The notes beneath the pieces were generated by a model. That model did not search any database, was not told the DNA's origin, and was given only the letters and a program-made list of their open reading frames with translations. DNA of 39,378 nt from a virus. Position numbers and translations under genes: made by a program. Where the stretch lies: positions 1 to 39,378 of IMG/VR virus record IMGVR_UViG_3300045988_107209. One strand, written 5' to 3'. Of the stretch, positions 8,334 through 17,243 are shown piece by piece (position 1 is the first letter of the stretch; each line of letters opens with the position of its first letter).

Positions 8334-9176
8334 ATGTTGATTAAAAGAGGGTATGTCATGAAAAAAGAAACACTTACATTAAGGTTTAAAGGCGAAAATG
8401 ACATTGATATAGAAACATTATCTAAGTCGCTAGACTGTGTTGTTGCGGTTTTAGGTAAAATTGCTGATTCGTCAATAAGCGAAAATGATTTTTGTAAATT
8501 TAAAGTAAAGAATATCGAAAAAGGTAGCTTTATGATAACGATAGAGCAGATTGTTGAAATGGCCGCTGTATTATTTCCATTGATGCCACCTATCCTAGAA
8601 TCGTTTAATAGTATTGTTGAACTGAAGAAAAATCTTGGTGGACAAATGCCTGCAGAAGTAATTCATGAAGGGAATAATACTATAGTCAAGTCTTGTGTTG
8701 GTAATGTAACCTATATTGATAACAGAACATATAATCTTTACACAAGAGATTCCTCAATAGAAAAGTGCTTATCAGAATTATCAAGAACTATTTCAGAAGA
8801 TGGTGAGCGGACAGGCTTTTCTATCGCAGTTACTGAAGATAAAACTGTGAAGACTGTTGAAATGGATAAAGAAGATTTAATGAGAACTAGGAATCCTATT
8901 GATGTTGAATCACTAAATGGTGATATCACCGAACAAGAAGCTACAGGAGTACTAACTGTTCGGAAGCCTGATTTATTAGGAAACAGTAAATGGCAGTTTA
9001 AATTCCTTGGGAAAACAATCAATGCAGATATTGAGGATGAAAATTTTTTGAAAAAAGTAAAGGAAAAAGAGATTAGCTTTCCACTAGTATCAAAATTGAA
9101 TGCGAAAATGCGAGTAAGATTAAAGAATGGAGATCCAATCAGTTATACAGTTATTGAGGTAAAAAGTTACGAATAA
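8334..9176 (+). CDS. Hypothetical protein; orphan gene with its own terminator.
   Basis: RBS AGAGGTGG before ATG 8334 (alternative ATG 8358). Followed by the terminator at 9237..9262. Confidence 0.7.
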   Translation: MLIKRGYVMKKETLTLRFKGENDIDIETLSKSLDCVVAVLGKIADSSISENDFCKFKVKNIEKGSFMITIEQIVEMAAVLFPLMPPILESFNSIVELKKNLGGQMPAEVIHEGNNTIVKSCVGNVTYIDNRTYNLYTRDSSIEKCLSELSRTISEDGERTGFSIAVTEDKTVKTVEMDKEDLMRTRNPIDVESLNGDITEQEATGVLTVRKPDLLGNSKWQFKFLGKTINADIEDENFLKKVKEKEISFPLVSKLNAKMRVRLKNGDPISYTVIEVKSYE

Positions 9177-9236
9177 TGCATTTTGTCCCCTAGTGGACAA
9201 GAATTCCGTGGTAAACTAATATTATAAGAAATTATG

Positions 9237-9262
9237 TCAAGACAGAGGTCTTGGCTTTTTTT
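9237..9262 (+). terminator. Rho-independent terminator.
   Basis: CAAGAC-AGAG-GTCTTG followed by GCTTTTTTT. Confidence 0.7.
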
Positions 9263-9283
9263 ATGCAAGAAAGGAGGTGTTCC

Positions 9284-9922
9284 ATGCCAGGAAGAGAATT
9301 GACAATCAAAAAATACAATCTAGATTTATATGATCCATTTGAAACAGATGGCCCATTTGAGATGCCTGTTATTAAAAAGGCACTTCATATTCCTAATGAG
9401 TTAATTGGATTCAATGAAGCAATTTCTTCAAAGCATTATCAATCTGGAATTCATATGTTTATTGATGATTATCAGTTTGAGCGCATTTGGAACACTCCCG
9501 AACGATATGTGAATGTTTTAAAACAGTATGACTGTGTTCTTACACCAGATTTTTCTCTTTACATGGATATGCCTAGAACCATGAAAGTATGGAATATCTA
9601 TAGAAGTAGATTAATTGGGCAATATCTTCAAAATTTAGGGATATGTGTAATTCCAACAGTTTCCTGGGCAGAAAGAGAAACATACACATTCTGTTTTGAT
9701 GGTATCGAACCAGGAGGAGTTGTAGCAATCTCAACTATTGGATGTATCAAGGATGAATATGCAAGATCAATTTGGAAAGATGGTGTAGATTACATGATCG
9801 ATAAACTTAAGCCTACTGCAATTCTAATTTATGGCCAATCTATTGAACATGATTTCAAAGGCACAAAAGTTATTTATTATAAAAATAAAGTCATAGAGAG
9901 GGCAAGAAAACATGGGAGGTAG
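9284..9922 (+). CDS. DUF4417-like protein.
   Basis: GIHMFIDDYQFERIWNTPERY...LTPDFSLYMDMP...WNIYRSRLIGQY pattern. RBS AAGGAGG before ATG 9284. Confidence 0.6.
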   Translation: MPGRELTIKKYNLDLYDPFETDGPFEMPVIKKALHIPNELIGFNEAISSKHYQSGIHMFIDDYQFERIWNTPERYVNVLKQYDCVLTPDFSLYMDMPRTMKVWNIYRSRLIGQYLQNLGICVIPTVSWAERETYTFCFDGIEPGGVVAISTIGCIKDEYARSIWKDGVDYMIDKLKPTAILIYGQSIEHDFKGTKVIYYKNKVIERARKHGR

Positions 9923-10241
9923 AGGAGCAAGCAGCGGTGTCAGTGAAAATGGAAAACCCTACGGGAGTGAATACACTACGGTTTATCAAAGTGGTAATAT
10001 CAAATTTGTAAAGCAAACTAATGCTAGTAATGCAAAAGCTCCGATGGAAACGATGACCAGAGGGCGAGTATATGCCACAGTAAATGATAAAGATGAAATT
10101 TCATCAATTTCTTATTATGACAATTCGAATAAACGTACAAAACAGATTGATTTAACACATGAGCATCAAAATATGAAGCCACATACTCATCACGGATATT
10201 ATCATGCAGAGCGTGATGGGAAAAGGGCGCGGCAAAGCTGA
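9912..10241 (+). CDS. Small His-rich protein with an MGGRG N-terminus.
   Basis: MGGRGASSG... THEHQNMKPHTHHGYYHAERDG. Start overlaps the end of the DUF4417 gene. Confidence 0.6.
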   Translation: MGGRGASSGVSENGKPYGSEYTTVYQSGNIKFVKQTNASNAKAPMETMTRGRVYATVNDKDEISSISYYDNSNKRTKQIDLTHEHQNMKPHTHHGYYHAERDGKRARQS

Positions 10242-10438
10242 CTACAGAGGAGAGAAAAATGGTTGACCGTGTAAAACGGTTATGGTTAAATAAAAATAAG
10301 AAAAGGTAGTCGTATAGGGGTAATTACACTTTGATGTATGCTTATCTTTTTATGATATGCACTGAGGAAACCTCCGTTCGAATCGGAGCACCTTTTCGTT
10401 TCGTTAAAAAATATCAGTTAAAATTTTGAACGCTATCT

Positions 10439-10470
10439 AAGCATCTTGTTAATTCAAGGTGCTTTTTTTA
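10439..10470 (+). terminator. Strong rho-independent terminator directly upstream of the packaging genes.
   Basis: AAGCATCTTG-TTAATT-CAAGGTGCTT (10 bp with one G-U pair) followed by T7. Confidence 0.75.
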
Positions 10471-10495
10471 TACATGAATAAGGAGGAAATATTAT

Positions 10496-10837
10496 ATGGG
10501 TGGAAGAGGACAATATGTAAATCGGGGGGGGACAGTTGGTTTAACTGTTACCACAGGAGATGGAACTGTATTTGAGTATAGGCAAAAAGGGAAGAAAGTA
10601 TTTTCTTTTTCTGGGGCATCATTTGCTGATAGTGGAAGCAGGGAAATTCCTAGGACCTTATCCGATATAGCTTCTAGGGCAAAATCTATGGGTTATAAAG
10701 TACAAAAGCTTACAAGCCGAGATTTAGCTAATAAAGATTCAGAACAACGTCGTCTAAAAAGAAAAATAGCAAAAGAAGTGGATCAATTGTGGGTGAGGGG
10801 AGCTGGCTCACCAAGAAAAGGAATGAAAGGGCATTAA
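10496..10837 (+). CDS. Small basic protein with an MGGRG N-terminus (second copy of the N-terminal motif).
   Basis: MGGRGQYVNRGG... RBS AAGGAGG upstream. Confidence 0.65.
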   Translation: MGGRGQYVNRGGTVGLTVTTGDGTVFEYRQKGKKVFSFSGASFADSGSREIPRTLSDIASRAKSMGYKVQKLTSRDLANKDSEQRRLKRKIAKEVDQLWVRGAGSPRKGMKGH

Positions 10838-10877
10838 GCCAGATATTTAATTTCAAAATAATGAAAGGAGGAATTCT

Positions 10878-11375
10878 ATGGCTAAACTGACTGAAAAGCA
10901 AAAGCTTTTTTGTGAGAAATATTTGATAACGATGAATGCAGTGGATGCTTATTTGGAAGTTTATAAGAATTGCAAGAGCCGAGATAATGCATCAAAGCAT
11001 GCATCCAGGTTATTAGCTTTACCGCATATCAGAGAATATGTGGATGAGTGTCTTGAGAAAGCGCACAGTAACAATGTGGCAGATGTTCAAGAAGTCATGG
11101 AATACCTCACAAAAGTAATGCGAAGAGAAATGAAAGAATCTGTTGTCGTTACAGTGACAAAAGAACATTCAGAGTATGTCGATACAGGAGATGGAAAGCC
11201 GAGAAAGAAAACAGTCAAAGAAGAAGTTCCTCAAATTGTTGAGATTCCTGCAAAGCTTTCTGATGCAAATAAAGCTGCGGAATTACTAGGAAAAAGATAT
11301 TCGTTATTTACGGATAAAGTTCAAGCAGAAATCGTAGTACCTAAGTTTGAAGGAGAAGATGAGCTTGAAGACTAA
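10878..11375 (+). CDS. terS: Terminase small subunit (P27/Terminase_2-like).
   Basis: LTEKQKLFCEKYLITMNAVDAYLEVY...ASRLLALPHIREYV. Lies immediately upstream of terL. Confidence 0.85.
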   Translation: MAKLTEKQKLFCEKYLITMNAVDAYLEVYKNCKSRDNASKHASRLLALPHIREYVDECLEKAHSNNVADVQEVMEYLTKVMRREMKESVVVTVTKEHSEYVDTGDGKPRKKTVKEEVPQIVEIPAKLSDANKAAELLGKRYSLFTDKVQAEIVVPKFEGEDELED

Positions 11376-12615
11376 ATCTATCAAGTTACCTAAAATAGTT
11401 GGAAAAGGATATAAATCCTATTGGAACTTCAGGGGACGTTATGCTGCATGCAAAGGTTCTCGTGCTTCTAAGAAGTCAAAAACAACTGCCTTACGCATCA
11501 TATACAACATGATGAAATACGATAAGTCGAATACATTAGTTGTGCGTAAGACTTATCGAACACTTAAAGATTCGTGCTTCACGGATTTAAAATGGGCAAC
11601 AAGAAGATTAGAGGTTGAACACTTATGGGAATTTAAATATTCGCCTTTGGAGGCAACATATCTTCCAACTGGGCAAAAAATTCTCTTTAGAGGGCTTGAT
11701 GATCCGTTAAAAATAACTTCCATTACTGTAGATTATGGGTTCCTATGTTGGGTATGGCTCGAAGAAGCTTATGAAATAACTAGCGAAAAAGACTTTGATA
11801 CATTGGATGAGTCGATTCGTGGTGAGTTACCGCCTTATCTTTGGAAACAGTGGATGATTACATTCAACCCATGGAATGAACACCACTGGCTTAAAAAAAG
11901 ATTCTTTGATGTAAAGAACGACCCTGATATATTAGCCATCACAACCAATTATAAGTGTAATGAATGGCTAGATGAAGCTGATTTAAGATTGTTCGATAAC
12001 ATGAAGGAGAAAAATCCTAGGCGATATCAAGTTGCTGGATTAGGAAATTGGGGTATTGTTGATGGATTGGTTTATGAGAATTGGAAAGAAGAAGAATTTA
12101 CACTAGATCAAGTTATTGACTGTGAATCTGTAAATGGTATTGACTTCGGTTATACAAATGATCCTGCTGCAGTTTTTATAGGTTTCATTGATACAGAACA
12201 TAAGAAACTCTATGTTTGGGATGAAATTTATAAAAAAGGTCTTTCCAATAAAAAGCTATATGAAGAGATTGAAAACGCGCATTATCAAAAGAAGTCTTTC
12301 ACAGCAGACTGTGCAGAACCTAAGTCGATTGATGAACTTAGGGGGTATGGTCTTCGTGTTGAAAAATCACAAAAGGGAAAGGATTCCATTACACATGGGA
12401 TTCAATATATTCAAGATTTCGAAATCATCATTCATCCTAGATGTGTTAATTTCATAACTGAAATTGGTAACTATACATGGGATGAAGATAGATTAGGAAA
12501 CAAAATAAATCGTCCAATTGATGATTTCAACCACTTAATGGATGCAATGCGTTATGCAGTTGAAAAATATACATTTGGACGAGTTAAATTAAGGACATTT
12601 AAAGGAGGTATTTAA
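11359..12615 (+). CDS. terL: Terminase large subunit (PBSX/Terminase_3-like).
   Basis: Walker-like CKGSRASKKSKT. C-terminal nuclease region GIDFGYTNDPAA...DDFNHLMDAMRYA. Confidence 0.9.
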   Translation: MSLKTKSIKLPKIVGKGYKSYWNFRGRYAACKGSRASKKSKTTALRIIYNMMKYDKSNTLVVRKTYRTLKDSCFTDLKWATRRLEVEHLWEFKYSPLEATYLPTGQKILFRGLDDPLKITSITVDYGFLCWVWLEEAYEITSEKDFDTLDESIRGELPPYLWKQWMITFNPWNEHHWLKKRFFDVKNDPDILAITTNYKCNEWLDEADLRLFDNMKEKNPRRYQVAGLGNWGIVDGLVYENWKEEEFTLDQVIDCESVNGIDFGYTNDPAAVFIGFIDTEHKKLYVWDEIYKKGLSNKKLYEEIENAHYQKKSFTADCAEPKSIDELRGYGLRVEKSQKGKDSITHGIQYIQDFEIIIHPRCVNFITEIGNYTWDEDRLGNKINRPIDDFNHLMDAMRYAVEKYTFGRVKLRTFKGGI

Positions 12616-13973
12616 TGAACGCATACATTATTAAACCGGATACGATATTTAAGCTATCTGACGATAAAGACATCATTAATATTGAAGTGTTGAATGGATT
12701 GATAACAAAACATAAGTCGTTAATAACAGACAGGTATAAAAAGCTATATAACGCCTATATTGGCGATTATCCGATCTTATATCAAAAAGATAAAGAATCT
12801 TATAAACCAGATAACCGTGTGGTGGTCAACTTTGCAAAATACATTGTTGATACATTCAACGGTTTTTTTATTGGCATTCCTATCAAAGTATCTTCTAAGA
12901 AAAAAGAAATTGATGATTATATCAACTTGCTAGATAAATACAATGATCAGGACGACAACAATGCAGAACTATCTAAGATTTGTAGTGTTTTTGGAAAAGG
13001 ATATGAATTGTATTTCAATGATGATTATGGAAATTTAGGAATCACTTATTTAGATCCAAGAGAAGGATTCATGGTTTATGATGAATCAACAGTTCAGAAA
13101 CCAAGATATTTTGTAACTTATCAGATTGTAGACGAGGTTATGTGTGGGTATATCTATGACAAAACATATAAGTATGAGTTCAACGATAAAGGCGGTATTC
13201 ATGTATTTAATGGCGTAGAGCATGGATTCAACGATATTCCGGCCACTGAATTTATTGAAAACGAAGAACGTATGTCTATTTTTGAATCAACATACAGTTT
13301 GATCAATGCCTATAACAAAGCAATGTCAGAAAAAGCAAATGATGTTGATTATTTCGCAGATGCCTATTTAAAAATCTTAGGTCCTAAGTTGGAAGAGTCA
13401 GATTTGGTACACATTCGTGATAATCGAACGATTAACTTTGAGTCAATGGATGGAAGTGGTGATGGAATTGTAGTTGATTTCATGTCAAAGCCAAATGCAG
13501 ATGCAACTCAAGAGAACCTTATCAACAGATTAGAGCGTTTAATCTTCCAAACATCAATGGTAGCCAACATCAATGATGAGAACTTTGGGACATCTTCAGG
13601 AATTGCATTGAAGTATAAACTACTTTCTATGTCCAATTTAGCAAAATCTAAAGAGCGTAAGTTCACGTCCGGTATGAATCGTAGATATCGTGTTTTATTC
13701 AGTAATGCAATCACTCATTTTTCTGATAATGATTGGCTAGAAGTTGAATATAAGTTCACACAAAACTATCCTGCTAACCTGTTAGAAGAAGCTCAGATTG
13801 CTGCACAATTATCAGGAATCGTATCACATAAAACTCAGTTATCCTTTATCTCAACGGTTGAAGATACGAATGCCGAATTGGAACGTATCAAAAAGGAAGA
13901 TGAGAATGATATGGTAGAAACTGAAAACCGAATCTTCCAAAATAACGAGGATTCACAAAACGATGAGCAGTAA
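12615..13973 (+). CDS. Portal protein (SPP1 gp6-like).
   Basis: 452 aa, directly after terL, with an acidic C-terminus. Confidence 0.85.
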   Translation: MNAYIIKPDTIFKLSDDKDIINIEVLNGLITKHKSLITDRYKKLYNAYIGDYPILYQKDKESYKPDNRVVVNFAKYIVDTFNGFFIGIPIKVSSKKKEIDDYINLLDKYNDQDDNNAELSKICSVFGKGYELYFNDDYGNLGITYLDPREGFMVYDESTVQKPRYFVTYQIVDEVMCGYIYDKTYKYEFNDKGGIHVFNGVEHGFNDIPATEFIENEERMSIFESTYSLINAYNKAMSEKANDVDYFADAYLKILGPKLEESDLVHIRDNRTINFESMDGSGDGIVVDFMSKPNADATQENLINRLERLIFQTSMVANINDENFGTSSGIALKYKLLSMSNLAKSKERKFTSGMNRRYRVLFSNAITHFSDNDWLEVEYKFTQNYPANLLEEAQIAAQLSGIVSHKTQLSFISTVEDTNAELERIKKEDENDMVETENRIFQNNEDSQNDEQ

Positions 13974-14931
13974 AACATATTGGCGAGATCGTGAGCTTGA
14001 ATGGAAAAAGAAACGCTTAAAAGATGAACAGGAATATGCGGATGAGATACAAGAAATATATGCAAACATGATGGATTCGGTTGAAAAGGAAATCGAATCC
14101 TTTTTTAGTCGCTATGCAAATAAAGAAAACATTACTATGGCAGAAGCTAAAAAAAGAGTTTCAAACATAGATATCAAAGCATATCAAAGAAAAGCTAAGA
14201 AGTATGTAAAGGAAAAGAACTTTTCAGATGAAGCCAATGAACAGATGAGACTTTATAACTTAACGATGAAAGTCAACCGATTGGAGCTTTTAAAAGCAAA
14301 CATTGGATTAGAACTTGTGGCAGGTCATGATGAATTGAAATCGTATACTGGTGATAAGCTGGAAGGAGCATATTTAGAAGAGATTCAACGTAATGCATCT
14401 ATCTTAGGTGATACAGTGATTGACAATGCTAAGATGGCCAAAACGGTAGCAGATTCATCTTTTAAGAATGCAACCTTTTCAGAACGAATTTGGGTCAATC
14501 AAGACCTGCTAAAAAACAGTTTATCCAGTGTTCTATCCAACGCATTGATTCAAGGCAAGAATCCTAGAGAATTTATTCCGCTCATTCGTAAAAAGTTCGA
14601 TGTATCAAGATGCAATGCAGAAAGATTGTTGCGAACAGAAATAGCACGAGTTCAAACACAAGCGCAGGCAGAATCTTATGAAGCGAACGGAATAGATGAG
14701 TATGAATATATTGCGTGTGGCTTAAAAGATGTGTGTCCTTTGTGTAAAGAAATGGATGGCAAAACATTCAAGCTTAAAGACATGGAAATAGGGATAAACG
14801 CTCCGCCTTTACATCCGAATTGTCATTGTGCAACAGCACCACATTCAGACCGTAAGGAGTATGAAAAATGGCTAAATGGATTAGCAAATGGAGAACACAA
14901 TCTAAGGTTTGACGAATGGAAAAAGTATTGA
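13963..14931 (+). CDS. MuF/SPP1 gp7-like minor head protein.
   Basis: CPLCKEMDGKTFKLKDMEIGINAPPLHPNCHCA signature. Confidence 0.85.
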   Translation: MSSKTYWRDRELEWKKKRLKDEQEYADEIQEIYANMMDSVEKEIESFFSRYANKENITMAEAKKRVSNIDIKAYQRKAKKYVKEKNFSDEANEQMRLYNLTMKVNRLELLKANIGLELVAGHDELKSYTGDKLEGAYLEEIQRNASILGDTVIDNAKMAKTVADSSFKNATFSERIWVNQDLLKNSLSSVLSNALIQGKNPREFIPLIRKKFDVSRCNAERLLRTEIARVQTQAQAESYEANGIDEYEYIACGLKDVCPLCKEMDGKTFKLKDMEIGINAPPLHPNCHCATAPHSDRKEYEKWLNGLANGEHNLRFDEWKKY

Positions 14932-15502
14932 TTTTAATACTCAAATAGAGCAACACAAAAAAGGAAACAAAGTAAATATTACAAGCCAGGCTATAAACAA
15001 AATAAAAAATGTTAGACCAACAGGGTATACAGAGGACGAAGCCCATGAGTCGATACTTGTAAGACAAGAATTATTATCCTATTCAAAGAAGTACAATAAT
15101 AGTAATGAAGTCTTAGCACTAAGAAAAATAACTGACACCGAGAAGACGCCGACAAATTTTGTAAAAGGGACAGAGGATAGTGTAGACTTTTTAGGTGATT
15201 CAGATACATTCCATTTATTGGTTAATTCTAGCAATAGATCTTTAGAATTAGTGCATAATCACCCAGGGCTTTCATATTTTTCGATGAATGATATAAATAT
15301 TTTTATGATATACCCTTCTATAAAAACAATGATGATTGTTACAAATCAAGGAAAAACTTGGTATATCAACAAACTTGATAACTTTAATTTTGAAGAAGCA
15401 AAATCTGTTATGAAAGATGCACTTGAAAAGTACAAGGATAAAGATGTTGCTATTGAAAAGTTCCTAAAAAAAGGCTATAGTTTTGGTATAGAAAGGAACT
15501 GA
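14909..15502 (+). CDS. Possible JAB/RadC-like metalloprotease-fold protein.
   Basis: SLELVHNHPGLSYFSMNDI resembles the HxH...SxxD JAMM motif, with spacing one residue shorter. Overlaps the MuF gene end by 23 nt. Confidence 0.4.
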   Translation: MTNGKSIDFNTQIEQHKKGNKVNITSQAINKIKNVRPTGYTEDEAHESILVRQELLSYSKKYNNSNEVLALRKITDTEKTPTNFVKGTEDSVDFLGDSDTFHLLVNSSNRSLELVHNHPGLSYFSMNDINIFMIYPSIKTMMIVTNQGKTWYINKLDNFNFEEAKSVMKDALEKYKDKDVAIEKFLKKGYSFGIERN

Positions 15503-15507
15503 TAACT

Positions 15508-15702
15508 ATGAAAAATAAACCAGTTTTAGATGGCAAAATAACTGACGATAAAGTTTTTTTTGAAAATCTTTTGGAAGATTGGGAAAACGCAAAAGTTTTA
15601 TATGAGAACTGGGACAAAATTTCAGAGGAATTCAGGAAAAATGAAGGCCGTCTTTCAGATGTTGATTTACCGAACAATATCCTTACCGCTTTAACATACT
15701 AA
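15508..15702 (+). CDS. Hypothetical small protein.
   Basis: ORF tightly packed in the operon. Confidence 0.6.
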   Translation: MKNKPVLDGKITDDKVFFENLLEDWENAKVLYENWDKISEEFRKNEGRLSDVDLPNNILTALTY

Positions 15703-16032
15703 ATGATGAGCATTAAAAAATATGATGTAATTATGGTCAATCAAAACGAGTGGCCTTTTATTATGCAAGGGAGTGATACTATGGATTATTATTTCACACG
15801 TGGTGAAGATAGATCAGAACAAATTAAGAAGCATATAAAAGAAGCAGCTCAAAGTATTATTGACCATGCAGATGATATTGTGGATCAATATGATTTTCTA
15901 ACAGATTTAAAGATAGAAATGAATTTAAATCCTGATAACAACTGGCTTCCAAAAGTGCAAGTTACATCTAGTTTTCTCTCTGAAAGAACTATTAAGTTAA
16001 AAAAGACAAATGAAACAGGTGATATTATGTGA
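15703..16032 (+). CDS. Hypothetical protein.
   Basis: ORF starts adjacent to the previous stop. Confidence 0.6.
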   Translation: MMSIKKYDVIMVNQNEWPFIMQGSDTMDYYFTRGEDRSEQIKKHIKEAAQSIIDHADDIVDQYDFLTDLKIEMNLNPDNNWLPKVQVTSSFLSERTIKLKKTNETGDIM

Positions 16033-16337
16033 TAAAAATTAAGATTAAACAGACAGAAAGTGATTGCCTGATTGAAGTACATGGCCATGCTCGTTACGCT
16101 CCGATAGGAAAAGATATCGTCTGCAGCGCTATCTCAGTACTATTTTTGACATTGGCCAATTCAATCGACGAAACATCCGATGCACTTTGCAGATATGATA
16201 GCCCTGATGAGAATTGCAAGACGTTGTATATCTCGGGTTTGGACCTTGCTGGAGAATTAGCAATTAATTTTTTCAGAATAGGATGCAAAAGCACAGAAGA
16301 AGCATATCCTGAATGTGTGGAACTGAGAGATGTGTAA
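16029..16337 (+). CDS. prp: Prp-family (ribosomal-processing-like) cysteine protease.
   Basis: EVHGHARYAPIGKDIVCSAISVL (His/Cys dyad). GTG start overlaps the preceding stop. Matching LQxFA substrates lie downstream. Confidence 0.8.
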   Translation: MIKIKIKQTESDCLIEVHGHARYAPIGKDIVCSAISVLFLTLANSIDETSDALCRYDSPDENCKTLYISGLDLAGELAINFFRIGCKSTEEAYPECVELRDV

Positions 16338-16586
16338 TCACAAATATTTGGAGCGTGTCGAAAAGGTTTATTTTGATCAATGGCTAGAATGCATCGTTGA
16401 AGTACGTAATCAACGGTGCATTTTTTGTGGAAAAGCCAAGACTTACAAAGCCTACATATCCACAGTACCAAACAAGACCAAGCATTTACGTCGTTAAACT
16501 GTATGGGTTATAGGCCAAGCATTTAAGCCTAAAAAAGATATGGGAAATTGACAAGCAAAGTCAGAAAAATAGGAGGAAAAATATAT

Positions 16587-17222
16587 ATGAAAAAATTCAA
16601 TGACAGACTACCTTTTTACTTACAACTTTTTGCGGATGAAACTTCAGATGAGAATGAGAGTACAGGAACAGAAAACACTCAATCAACTCAGACTCAATCA
16701 ACTGAAGGGCAAGACAACCAAGAAAAAGACAAATCATCTGAAAAGAAATATTCAGATAAAGATTTGGATGCGATTCTTGATAAAAGGTTTGCACGTTGGA
16801 AAGCTGATCAAGAAAAAGAAAAAGCAGAAGCTAAGCGCTTAGCAGATATGAATGCACAAGAACGGGCAGAAGCAGAACGTGACAAAGTTAAAAAAGAGTT
16901 GGATGAATTGAAAGCAAAAAATGCGATTGCAGAAATGACAAATGAAGCACGCAAAATGTGCACAGAGCACAATATTAACGTTGGTGATGACCTTTTATCT
17001 GTTCTAGTTAATCAAGATGCAGATAAAACAAAGAAAGCGGTTGATGCATTCGTTAAGATGTTTGAACAAGAACTAGAAAAAGCAGTTAAAGAAAAACTAA
17101 AAGGCAGCGGTCCTAAACGTGGTGGTTCAAACAAAGGGGTAACTCGTGAATCAATCTTGAATATCACTGATCCAATGGAAAGACAACGCATGATTGCGGA
17201 AAATATGGATTTATTCCAGTAA
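16587..17222 (+). CDS. Scaffolding protein.
   Basis: RBS AGGAGG. Acidic then coiled-coil KAEAKRLADMNAQERAEAERDK region. Lies before the capsid gene. N-terminal YLQLFA motif. Confidence 0.8.
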   Translation: MKKFNDRLPFYLQLFADETSDENESTGTENTQSTQTQSTEGQDNQEKDKSSEKKYSDKDLDAILDKRFARWKADQEKEKAEAKRLADMNAQERAEAERDKVKKELDELKAKNAIAEMTNEARKMCTEHNINVGDDLLSVLVNQDADKTKKAVDAFVKMFEQELEKAVKEKLKGSGPKRGGSNKGVTRESILNITDPMERQRMIAENMDLFQ

Positions 17223-17243
17223 TAGAAAAAGGAGAACTAACAT

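Noticed and set aside
10217-10309. The reading frame -1 relative to ORF 9912..10241 continues as WEKGAAKLTTEERKMVDRVKRLWLNKNKKR, suggesting a programmed frameshift at GGGAAAAGG.
   Set aside because: The heptamer is not in the X_XXY_YYZ phase for the zero frame. The alternative frame opens only 24 nt before the stop and adds just 30 aa. An old frameshift mutation or chance is equally likely, and this cannot be supported from sequence alone.
10302-10396. tRNA-like element. CTCCG-TTCGAAT-CGGAG at 10372..10388 is a perfect consensus tRNA T-arm, followed by a possible acceptor 3' strand.
   Set aside because: I could not build the rest of a cloverleaf. The anticodon stem candidates pair at only 2-3 of 5 positions, there is no D-arm, position 37 would be a pyrimidine, and the acceptor stem has a mismatch with a total length of 94 nt. 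It is more likely a small hairpin or a tRNA remnant.
12188-12457. Internal plus-strand ORFs in alternative frames: 12188..12457 in terL, 6988..7197, 19216..19419, 19904..20122 and 22523..22711.
   Set aside because: They are nested out of frame within confidently assigned genes and have no RBS or independent support.
16330-16497. 55-aa ORF (MCNHKYLERVEKVYFDQWLECIVEVRNQRCIFCGK...) between prp and the scaffold gene.
   Set aside because: It starts inside the prp stop region without a clear RBS and has no recognisable family. It might be a real small Cys-rich protein, but the evidence is too weak to list it as a feature.
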